Below, in pieces: positions 43,606 to 52,260 of a stretch of DNA of 64,000 nucleotides (positions are counted from its first letter, which is position 1; each line of letters begins with the position of its first letter). The notes below the pieces were generated by a model that was given only the letters and a program-made list of their open reading frames with translations, had not been told where the DNA came from and did no database searches. Source of the DNA: Candidatus Multivorans sp. (GTDB taxonomy: Bacteria; Acidobacteriota; Thermoanaerobaculia; Multivoradales; Multivoraceae); assembly GCA_965247095.1 (NCBI GenBank), contig OZ251997.1, positions 2,016,001-2,080,000 on the forward strand, given 5' to 3'. A program made the position numbers and the translations under genes.

Positions 43606-44562
43606 TCAGCGCCCGAGGCGCCGCAGAAGCTCGGTTTCGTCGGCGCATGTCTGCGCCGCCTGGACCATCTCGACCTCGGACCAGCCGCGGAGGCCAGCCA
43701 GGCGTTCGGTCAGGCCCGGACTCGCGGGAACGCCGCGGGCCTGGAGCAACGCGACGACCATGCGGGCACGCCCCTCGGAGCGGCCCTCGGCGCGCTCGCT
43801 GCGGAGCCAGGGATCGTCGTCCGGGCCGGTCCCTTCGGCGGTGCCGAGGCGGCGCCCCACCCGGCGCAGCGCCTCCAGGGTCTCCCGAGACACGATCCGC
43901 TCGTTCAGCGCCCGGTGGATCTCCACCGCCGTCCAGCCCGGAAAGGCTCGGCTGGCGGACGACGTCCGATAACGGCCCGCCTCCAGGACGTGGATCGTCA
44001 GTCCAGGAAGCCGCGACCTCGGACGCGACCGCTCGTCCGGCACGTCGACCCATACCTCCGGGAAACCCCACGCCTCGTAGAGCCGCAGCTTGCGCACCCG
44101 GGCGTCGGTCGAGTAGTCCACCTCCACGGTCACGTCGGGCAACTCGTCGCCATCGACGTCGACCCCCGGACCCCAGCCGGCCACCTCCAGTGGATGCAGG
44201 TACAGAATCTGGTCCGCCTGCATCAACACCTTGCGCCCGCCGCCGCTCTTGAAACGCACGAGATCCGCGGTGCCGAACGTCTCGATCGGCGAACCTCTCG
44301 ACGCCGCGATGCGCTCGGCCAATCTGGCCAACCGCTGCGAAGGCCGCTCGTGGTACACGGTCGTCGGCTCGCACACGACCATCGCCGTCTCGGTGCGGGC
44401 CTCCCAGTACTCGAGACGGCCGTCGTAGTCCTCGATGTCCTCGAGCCGGATGCGGATCGCCCGGCAACCGGGGAAGTCGGCCGGGTCGAGTGGGGCCTCC
44501 TCCGGGTCGATCAGCCCGGCTTCCGGCGCCTGCGGAGTCGCCGACTCGACGGGCTCAGCCAT
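43606..44562 (-). CDS. Uma2 family putative endonuclease, long form (paralog 1)
   Basis: GRLEYWEA, HERPS.RL, QADQILY, LPDV.VEVDYSTD..KL.LYEAWGFPEVWVDVP, tail RAEGRSEGRA. Confidence 0.8.
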   Translation of the reverse strand: MAEPVESATPQAPEAGLIDPEEAPLDPADFPGCRAIRIRLEDIEDYDGRLEYWEARTETAMVVCEPTTVYHERPSQRLARLAERIAASRGSPIETFGTADLVRFKSGGGRKVLMQADQILYLHPLEVAGWGPGVDVDGDELPDVTVEVDYSTDARVRKLRLYEAWGFPEVWVDVPDERSRPRSRLPGLTIHVLEAGRYRTSSASRAFPGWTAVEIHRALNERIVSRETLEALRRVGRRLGTAEGTGPDDDPWLRSERAEGRSEGRARMVVALLQARGVPASPGLTERLAGLRGWSEVEMVQAAQTCADETELLRRLGR

Positions 44563-44674
44563 GACCGCGAGAATAACACCGGCAACGAGCTCCGGCGATG
44601 CTGAAGGGAGCGGGGCTCGCTTCCCGGTTCTCGGGGCGGCCTTCTGGAGCAGGGCCGACCCCCAGGCCCCAGGC

Positions 44675-45655
44675 TCAGCGCCCGAGGCGCCGCAGAAGCT
44701 CGGCTTCGTCGGCGCATGTCTGCGCCGCCTGGACCATCTCGACCTCGGACCAGCCGCTGAGGCCGGCCAGGCGTTCGGCCAGGCCCGGGCTCGCGGGAAC
44801 GCCGCGCGCCTGGAGTACCGCGACCACCATGCGGGCACGACCCTCCGCGCGGCCCTCGGCATGGGCCACCCCACGCACCTCGGCACGCTCCGCCCGCAAC
44901 CACGGATCGTCGTCCGGGCCGGTCCCTTCCAAGGCGCCCAGAGCGCGACCGACGCGACGCAGCACGGCCAGGGTCTCCGGTGACGGCTGGCGCCGGCTCA
45001 GCGCGACGTGGATCTCCTCGGCCGTCCAGCCCGGGAACGAGCGGCTGCAGGACGCTTCCTGAAAACGCTCGCCGTCGTGGACGTGAATCGTCAGACCGGG
45101 GCGCCGCGACTTCGGACGCAGACGCTCATCCGGCACGTCGACCCAGACCTCCGGGAAGCCCCACGCCTCGTAGAGCGGCAGCTTCCACACCCGCACGTCG
45201 GTCGAGTAGTCGACCTCCAGGACCACGTCCGGCAGCACGTGGCCGTCCACGTCCACCACCGGGGCCCCGACCGGCAACACGCTCGGATCGAGGTACAGGA
45301 TCTGATCCGCCTGGATCAGTGCCCTGCGCCCGCCGTGAGCCTTGAAACGCACCAGGTCCGTGGTCCCGAAGGTCTCGATCGGCGAGCCTCTCGAAGCCGC
45401 GATCAGCCGCGCCAGACCCGCCAACCGCTGCGAGGGCCGCTCGTGGTACGCGGTCGTCGGCTCGCAGACCACCATCGCCATCTCGGACCGCGCCTCCCAG
45501 TACTCGAGGCGGCCCTCGTAGTCCTCGATCTCCTCCCGCGAGATGCGAACCGTCCGGCAACCGGATTCGCCGGCCAGTGCGAGCGGGGACTTTCCCGGAG
45601 CATTCGATCTCTGCCCTCGAGCCGTGCGAACTACAGCCTGGGCAGGTTCGACCAT
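44675..45655 (-). CDS. Uma2 family putative endonuclease, long form (paralog 2)
   Basis: Tandem paralog of 43606-44562 with the same motifs and near-identical C-terminus. Confidence 0.8.
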   Translation of the reverse strand: MVEPAQAVVRTARGQRSNAPGKSPLALAGESGCRTVRISREEIEDYEGRLEYWEARSEMAMVVCEPTTAYHERPSQRLAGLARLIAASRGSPIETFGTTDLVRFKAHGGRRALIQADQILYLDPSVLPVGAPVVDVDGHVLPDVVLEVDYSTDVRVWKLPLYEAWGFPEVWVDVPDERLRPKSRRPGLTIHVHDGERFQEASCSRSFPGWTAEEIHVALSRRQPSPETLAVLRRVGRALGALEGTGPDDDPWLRAERAEVRGVAHAEGRAEGRARMVVAVLQARGVPASPGLAERLAGLSGWSEVEMVQAAQTCADEAELLRRLGR

Positions 45656-45758
45656 GGCCGCGAGGCTACCACCGCGCCACGCGGACCGAGACTCGATCTC
45701 CGGCTCGGTCCCCGGCAGCAGGGAGGCCTTTTCCGCCCGCGCGGACAGTCCCTGGACC

Positions 45759-47039
45759 TTAGACGTCGGCGAGATACGGAATCGTCTGCGGGCCCTCGGG
45801 CAATACGCAGATGTGCGCCCGCGGCCGATCCGCCAGGCACCCCTCAAGCGCCGCGTCGAGGTCCGGGGCCGGCTCGAAATGGGCCGAACGGAGCTGTGCC
45901 TCGTCCAGACCGTCCGCCTTGACCAGCACGCGGGCCCGCCGCTGGATCATCGCCTGGACCTGGACCTGCCACTGGTCCGGTTCGGTCACAGGTCGAGCCT
46001 CGATCTGCGCCAGCAGGTCCTCGGGCGAGTCGCCGCGGGCGAGCAACTCCGCGTAGCGCCCGTGATCCGGAATGCCGTCGCTGCACTCGGCGGCGCACAG
46101 GATCGTGCCGCCGTCGGTCACGACCTGCGCCGCCGCCGACATGCCCTTGACCGCCTGGTACAGGTTCTGGTCGAGCGGGTAGCCGGAGTTCGTCGTCACG
46201 ACGATCTCGAACCGCCTGCCGGTCTCCCGCATGGCGATCGGCCGCGCCGTTTCGCAAGCCCGCCGGTGCATGGCGAACAGCTCGCCGGCGAAGACGTGCG
46301 TGATCCGCTGCGTACGGTCCAGCAGGACATCCATGCTGAAGTGAGGCCGCGCCTCGGGCCGGGCCGAGATGGCGCGGATGTCGCTGTGGAGCGGATTGTC
46401 GTCGATGATTCCCCAGGTCGAGCGCGGGTCGCCGACGCGAGCGGCGTCGTGCAGGGTGAGTACGGTGTCGAGCCCCGCCAAGCCGGGCGCGACCATCTTT
46501 GGCCCGCCTGAAAAACCGGCAAAGAAGTGCGGTTCGACGAAGCCGGTCGTGATCCGGAGGTCCGCCTCGAGCCAGTGCCGGCAGAGCCGCGTCGGCACGC
46601 CGTCGCCGGTCTCCCCCAGGTCGACCAGGGACGAATCGTCGCGGGCGTCGTGGTTGATCACCCGGCAGGCGCCGAGGATCTCGTCGCCGAGCATCGTCAG
46701 GAGCTCGGCCGGCGTGTTCGCTCGGTGCGTACCCGTCGCGATCAGGATCGTCACGTCCTCCGGCCGCACGATCCCGTCCAGCTCGTCGAGCACAGCGCCG
46801 ACCATCTCGCGGCGCGGCTGCGCCCTGGTGATGTCGCACACCGAGATGGCCACTGTCTGCCCGGGCTTCGCGAGATCCCGGAGCGGCGGTCCGGCGACCG
46901 GCTGGCGCAGCGCCGCGGTGAGCGCCGCGTCCGGGTCTCGAAGCGCCGGCGCCTGGTGCGGCTCGATCACCGTCGTCCGCTCCCTCGGCAGCTCGATGTC
47001 CAGGCCTGTCCGGCCGTAGGCAAGCCTGACGCGCATCAA
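45759..47039 (-). CDS. larA: nickel-pincer-dependent lactate racemase family protein
   Basis: CDITR, IATGTHR, NHDA, EPHFFAGFSGGPK, GYPLDQNLYQAVKG, DQWQ. Confidence 0.9.
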   Translation of the reverse strand: MMRVRLAYGRTGLDIELPRERTTVIEPHQAPALRDPDAALTAALRQPVAGPPLRDLAKPGQTVAISVCDITRAQPRREMVGAVLDELDGIVRPEDVTILIATGTHRANTPAELLTMLGDEILGACRVINHDARDDSSLVDLGETGDGVPTRLCRHWLEADLRITTGFVEPHFFAGFSGGPKMVAPGLAGLDTVLTLHDAARVGDPRSTWGIIDDNPLHSDIRAISARPEARPHFSMDVLLDRTQRITHVFAGELFAMHRRACETARPIAMRETGRRFEIVVTTNSGYPLDQNLYQAVKGMSAAAQVVTDGGTILCAAECSDGIPDHGRYAELLARGDSPEDLLAQIEARPVTEPDQWQVQVQAMIQRRARVLVKADGLDEAQLRSAHFEPAPDLDAALEGCLADRPRAHICVLPEGPQTIPYLADV

Positions 47040-47054
47040 GACCGCCCCGCGCCG

Positions 47055-48443
47055 CTACTCCGCCTCGTCGAGCCGGCGCACCTTGATACTGCGGAACGCC
47101 ACCTCGTCGCCATGATCCTGGAGCAGGATGCGGCCCTCGGGCCACTGCCCGAACCCTTCGCGGTCGGCGAACTTGCTTGCCGCGATGGCCTCCGCGAGTT
47201 CCGGTGAGTCGCGGTCGAACTGAAGCACCGGCACATGGTTCAACCAGTGCTCCACGCGGCCATCTGCGTGGACGACGATCCGGGCGTAGTTGAACCGCCC
47301 GGGCGCCTTGACGAAGCGGGGCTGCTTGGGCGCCGGCAACAGGTCGTAGAGCGAGGCCAGGGTGCGGTTGCCGTCTCTGCCCATCTGTGCGTCGGGATTA
47401 CGGAGGTCGTCCAGAAGCTGGTACTCGAAGGCAACTGCCGCGCCGGGCGCCGAACCGTAGCCCTCCGTCACCAGGTACTTGATGCCGCTGTTCGCGCCCT
47501 CGGTGAGCCGGAACTCCAGTTGGAGCTCGAAGGCCGAGAACGACTCCCTGGTCACGATGCCGCCGCCGCGCTCCCCACCCGGCGCCGACGCGAGCACGGT
47601 CAACTCGCCGTCCCGCACCTCCCAGCCTGTCGCCGGGAAGTTCTCGCGGTGAACGCCCCGCCAGGCCTCCGTGCTCTCACCGTCGAAGAGCAGGCGCCAG
47701 CCCTGTGCCGCCTCCTCCTCCGAGAGCTGGTTCGGCCGCGTGTCGACGAGGTAGGGGAACGGCCTGCGGCTCGGCGCCAGGTTCTCCGTGCGCAGCCACA
47801 CCCGCCGGTAACGGACCTGCCTGCCGCCGCCGTCCGGTCCGACCGAGTGGACCTGGAGCGCGATGAACCCGCTCGCCGTCAACTCGTCGATCAGGAAGGT
47901 TGCCGGCACATTGTTCAGCCAGGTCCGGATCGCCGGGCCGATCGCCTCGATGTAGAGGTGGTTCCAGCCATCGGGGCGGAACGCTTCGCTCGCGGCCGGA
48001 TTCGCCGCCAGCGGAAACAGCCAGCCGCGCCGGGACTCGTCGTAGATGCCGGCTGTCCAGGCGCGTGCGCTGGGATCGATCTCTACCTGGTAGCCGTGAA
48101 CCGTGCCGTTGCGGTAGTCGGGATCGCTGTGGCTACGGATCTGGACGCCCGCGTTGAGACCCCCGTCGATCTTGAACTCCAACTGGAGCGCGAAGTCGCC
48201 ATACTCCTCGTCGGTGGCCAGGAAGGAGTTCGGCGTCTCGATGACCGCCGTGCCCACCACCACGCCGTCCTCCAGCGTGTAGTCCGCGGCGCCTCCGAGT
48301 TGCCGCCATCCCTCCTCAAGCCCCCCGGCGGTCAGATCGATCCAGCCCGAGTCGGGGGCAGGCTGCCCGAGCCCGGGCGCCGCCACACCGAGGGCGATCA
48401 GAAAGAGGGCCCAGAGTCCCGACAACGAAGAGGATTGGGGCAT
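47055..48443 (-). CDS. secreted tandem DUF1080 (3-keto-disaccharide hydrolase-like) protein
   Basis: Signal peptide; two domains with NAGVQIRS/NSGIKY, ALQVH/LLQDHG, V.FR.IKVR. Confidence 0.85.
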   Translation of the reverse strand: MPQSSSLSGLWALFLIALGVAAPGLGQPAPDSGWIDLTAGGLEEGWRQLGGAADYTLEDGVVVGTAVIETPNSFLATDEEYGDFALQLEFKIDGGLNAGVQIRSHSDPDYRNGTVHGYQVEIDPSARAWTAGIYDESRRGWLFPLAANPAASEAFRPDGWNHLYIEAIGPAIRTWLNNVPATFLIDELTASGFIALQVHSVGPDGGGRQVRYRRVWLRTENLAPSRRPFPYLVDTRPNQLSEEEAAQGWRLLFDGESTEAWRGVHRENFPATGWEVRDGELTVLASAPGGERGGGIVTRESFSAFELQLEFRLTEGANSGIKYLVTEGYGSAPGAAVAFEYQLLDDLRNPDAQMGRDGNRTLASLYDLLPAPKQPRFVKAPGRFNYARIVVHADGRVEHWLNHVPVLQFDRDSPELAEAIAASKFADREGFGQWPEGRILLQDHGDEVAFRSIKVRRLDEAE

Positions 48444-48527
48444 GGGGGGCGCCAGCTTACCTTCCCGCCCTCGGGCGCTAGGATCGCCGCTTCGCGCACG
48501 ATGGGACGATCAAGAGAGGCAGCAACC

Positions 48528-49600
48528 GTGGAATCAATCGACATCCGGCCGCAGGCATTGCGGGAAGCAGCCATCACGATCCTCGACGCGGGCGGCAGCG
48601 GACCCGAGGAGGCCCGCATCGTGGCCGATCACCTCGTTCTGGCGAACCTCTCGGGGCACGACAGCCACGGGGTCGGCATGCTGCCGGCCTACGAACGGAG
48701 TCTCAGCAACGGAACACTGCATCCGAACCAGACGGTCGAGCTCGTCCGGGACGACGGCGCGATCCTGATGTTCGACGGCGGCATGGGCTACGGCCAGGTC
48801 GTCGGCCGCGAGGCGACGGCGGCGACCATCGAGCGCTGCCGCGGCACCGGCGTGGTCCTGGCGTCGGTCCGCAACTGCCACCACCTGGGGCGAATCGGCA
48901 CCTACGGCGAGCAGGTGGCGGACGCCGGCCTGGCCTCGCTCCACTTCGTCAACGTGGTCGGCCACCAGCCGCTCGTCGCGCCCTACCGCGGCACGGACGC
49001 CCGCTACTCCACGAACCCGATGTGCTTTCGCTACCCGGAAGCGACACCCAGCCGGCGATTCTCCTCGACATGGCGACCAGCCGGATCGCCCACGGCAAGG
49101 CGCGGGTGGCCCACAACCAGGGCGAAGAGGTGCCCGCGGGTTCCCTGATCGACCATCTCGGTCGCCAGACCCGCGATCCGAGCGTCCTCTTCAACCAGCC
49201 GGTCGGCGCGCTTACCTCATTCGGCGACCACAAGGGTTACGGGCTCGCGATCTTCTGCGAACTCCTCGGCGGCATGATGAGCGGCGGCCACACGGCACAG
49301 CCGGAACACGAGGTGCAGGGAACGATCATCAACAACATGTTCATGGTCGTGTTCGATCCGGAACGGTTGATCCAGCGGTCAGCCATGGAGCACGAGCTGG
49401 CCGCCCTGGTTGCCCACGTCAAGGCGTCGCCCGCCGCCGACCCGGACGAACCGGTGCTGGTGCCCGGCGAGCCCGAGCGGGCCATGCGCATCGAACGCGC
49501 CGAAGCGATCCCCGTGGACGCAGAATCCTGGCGCCAGATCGTCGCCGCCGGCGAACGGCTCGGGGTGGCGCCGGGCAAGCTCAAGGCCGTCGCTGCCTGA
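48528..49600 (+). pseudogene. Ldh_2 family (malate/L-lactate/ureidoglycolate dehydrogenase), single frameshift near 49025
   Basis: ANLSGHDSHG, HHLGRIG, TNPMC in one frame; LPGSD..LLDMATS, HKGYGL, PGEPE in the next; one base missing at TGCTTTCGCTA. Confidence 0.8.
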
Positions 49601-49707
49601 TGCCACCCAAGCCTGGATGGGCAGACGCCACCCGCGCGCCGTTCCTACGCCCTGCAAGGGACGGCGGTAGGGCCGCAGGTTCCGGGGGGCCGACGCAGCG
49701 ATGACGG

Positions 49708-50151
49708 CTAGGACGGAGCGCCGTCTGCTGTCGGGTTCAGGAGTTCGATCCCCGGAAAGCGCGTGAAGTCACGGTCGGCGCTGGCGATCGACGCACCATG
49801 TTCCACCGCCAGGGCTGCCAGGTGGGCGTCCATCACCATTGCTCCTCTGGCCTGACCACTCTCACAGAGCTCGCTCAGGATGGTCCACGTTCGCGGCCCC
49901 GGTTGAAGCAGCCGCACGTTGGGCAAAGCCAACCAGTCCTCGATCACGGAACACGCGTCCGCAGGCGCCACGGGGTGGGTGAAGACTCGGCGGTCCGACG
50001 CGATCCGGACGAAGGCCAGCAAGGTGACCAAGGCCAGAGCGATCGGCCGGCCGGACGAGAGTTCCTCTTCCAGCCAACGCCTCGATGCACGGTGATACGG
50101 ACTCTCGGCGTCGTAGGCGTAGAGGAGGAGGTTGGCGTCGACGAGGATCAC
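49708..50151 (-). CDS. vapC: VapC family PIN-domain toxin
   Basis: ILVDANLLLYA, DAHLAALAVEHG, SADRDF.RFPG. Confidence 0.92.
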   Translation of the reverse strand: MILVDANLLLYAYDAESPYHRASRRWLEEELSSGRPIALALVTLLAFVRIASDRRVFTHPVAPADACSVIEDWLALPNVRLLQPGPRTWTILSELCESGQARGAMVMDAHLAALAVEHGASIASADRDFTRFPGIELLNPTADGAPS

Positions 50152-50393
50152 CGTCGCGCGGGACCGTCGAGCAAATCGAGAAGACCGCTCACGTCATCCA
50201 GGGAGAGTCCTGCTCGGAGCCCCATCGGACGAGCTTGCACCGTGAACGACGTGGCGAGTTGTTCTTCGCCGGGCGACTCGAAACCTCGACGAAGCGTCAC
50301 GTTCACGACTTGCTTCATGCTGGCGCCGGTCCGCGCCACCTTGTCCCGGACCTTCGCAGCGACATCGGCGTCAAGTGTCAGCGTGGTTCGCAT
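50148..50393 (-). CDS. vapB: VapB-type RHH antitoxin
   Basis: MRTTLTLDADV...KQVVN..LRRG; 4-nt overlap with toxin. Confidence 0.88.
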   Translation of the reverse strand: MRTTLTLDADVAAKVRDKVARTGASMKQVVNVTLRRGFESPGEEQLATSFTVQARPMGLRAGLSLDDVSGLLDLLDGPARR

Positions 50394-50400
50394 GCTCTGG

Positions 50401-50429
50401 ATGCTAGATCTGCGACATCATGAAGTCAA
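50401..50429 (-). promoter_or_regulatory. leaderless sigma70 promoter of vapBC
   Basis: Minus strand TTGACT-17 nt-TAGCAT, 7 nt before ATG; CATC/GATG inverted motifs nearby. Confidence 0.7.
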
Positions 50430-50557
50430 CGTTCTGTCATCGTGATGCCGAACTCAGACGCGAACCCTGCATTGCCGGCTTCAGCAACGCCGGCCAGCCT
50501 GCCCGGAGGCAGGCGGGTATGGGCGCGGGCGTGCCGCAGCCGCGGACGCCCGCCGCC

Positions 50558-51616
50558 CTAGCGCTCCGCCCCACTGAAGAACCTCCACAGCAGCTCGCCG
50601 CCGAAGTTGCCGGCGTCGTCGCGCGGCCAGACATGGGCGCCGTCCCAGGAGCAACTGCGGACGGCACGGTCTCCGGCACAGCCGGGATACTCGACGCAGC
50701 TCAACTCGCGGCGCCCGTCCCACGGCGTCTCGACCGGGACCGGCGCCGCGGCACATGACTGCGCCTCCGCCCACTTCTCCGCCACCCTAGACTGCGAGGT
50801 GTAGACGTAGCCGTCGCTCGCGTAGGAGCCATCGATCGGCACCGTGCGGTCCGCGGCGCCGCCGATCAGGAGCATCGACGGTCCCGGCTCCCCGGCCGCG
50901 CAGTTGAAGCCACGCGCCAGGTAGCCGTGCATCGGCGCCACGGCGGCCAGACGGTCGCCGAGGGCGCAGCCAAGCCGGTGGACGAACATGCCGCCGTTGC
51001 TGTAGCCGGAGGCAAAGACGCGGTCGACATCGAGGCAGAGCCCAGCCGAGAGATGATCGATGAGCGCGGAGATGTAGCCGACATCGTCGTGGCAGGAACA
51101 CCAGTTGCACGGTCCGCAGGTCCCGCATTCCGGCGGGCACGGATAGGGGCTCGCGTCCTCGCGGCAGGTCGGACCGTCGGGGCCCGGCGACGCGCTGCAG
51201 GCGAGGTCGTTCCAGGACGTGATCGTGGCGCTCCGGCTCTGGGCCGGCCGGCCCATCGGCGCCTCGAACGACGTGCTCTGCGGGAACACGAGCACGAAGC
51301 CCTCGCGGTCGGCGATCTCCGAAAGACCCGTCCAGCCGTCGCTGTGCGCTGCGCTTCCCGTGTAGCCGTGAACGTGCAGCCACAGCGGCACGGGCTCGGC
51401 GCCGTCGTAGCCGGCCGGAAGGTGGCGCCGGTAGCCGCGGGTCAGACCGTCGTACGCGAGTTCGAGGTCGACGCTTGTGCCCGGCTGCGCGGAAACCGCG
51501 AGGCCGGCGCCGGCAGATCGTGCCGAGCAGCCGGGACTCTCACCGGCGGCCAGCGGCGCGACAATGACAGCCAGCCCCACAGCGGCGGCGAGCCGCAGTG
51601 ATCGTTGTGTCGGCAT
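50558..51616 (-). CDS. secreted PHB-depolymerase/LpqP-like esterase
   Basis: Signal peptide; HGYTGS, DDVGYI, SGYSNGG, GAHVWP. Confidence 0.85.
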   Translation of the reverse strand: MPTQRSLRLAAAVGLAVIVAPLAAGESPGCSARSAGAGLAVSAQPGTSVDLELAYDGLTRGYRRHLPAGYDGAEPVPLWLHVHGYTGSAAHSDGWTGLSEIADREGFVLVFPQSTSFEAPMGRPAQSRSATITSWNDLACSASPGPDGPTCREDASPYPCPPECGTCGPCNWCSCHDDVGYISALIDHLSAGLCLDVDRVFASGYSNGGMFVHRLGCALGDRLAAVAPMHGYLARGFNCAAGEPGPSMLLIGGAADRTVPIDGSYASDGYVYTSQSRVAEKWAEAQSCAAAPVPVETPWDGRRELSCVEYPGCAGDRAVRSCSWDGAHVWPRDDAGNFGGELLWRFFSGAER

Positions 51617-51796
51617 CCAGCCGCCATCGTAGCGCGCCGGCCCTCCTTGGCCGGGCAGCATGCCCGGCAGCGTCGACTTGCCGGCAGCCGGAGACGAAAG
51701 GCCGGCCGCCGCCGCGCCAAGAACCAGAACCCGCTGCGTTCGCTACCCCGCAATGTTGTAGGCGACTAGGCAGCGAACGGTCTCTATCCTTTCTTC

Positions 51797-52260
51797 TTGA
51801 TGACGGCTGCCCCCGCGACCGCGTCGAGCCAGCACGACCGACCGCCGCCTCACCGGCCCATGGCACGTCCCGGTTCCCGGTCATACATACGTTCCCTGTA
51901 CGCCGCTCTCGGCGCGTTCGCTCTTGTCACAACCGCCGCCGCCCAGCCGACGACCGTCACGCTCGTAACCAACACAGACGTTGCGGCGAGCACCCAAAAC
52001 TTGCTCGTTGGCGGGGCAACCGAGGCTCGGGAAGCCGTCCGTTTCACGCTCGGAAGCGGGCACTTCCTGATCGACGAGGTGGACTTCGACATCTCAAGCA
52101 CTTCGGGGCCTCCACTACGGATCTCGGCTACGCGATCCGGGTCACCGACACGGTCACCGACACGGCGACCGGCACGGTGAAGGAGTACCGGAACGAACCC
52201 GGCATGCCGGTGCCGGCCATCACCGACACCAAGGCGTTCGCCGAAGGCTGCGGGCAGTGA
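51797..52260 (+). pseudogene. internally deleted surface-protein gene (signal peptide fused out of frame to the conserved C-terminal domain)
   Basis: N-terminal export signal to ~52100, then FGASTTDLGYAIRVTDT..KEYRNEPGMP..AITDTKAF in another frame, matching 54348-54497. Confidence 0.75.
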
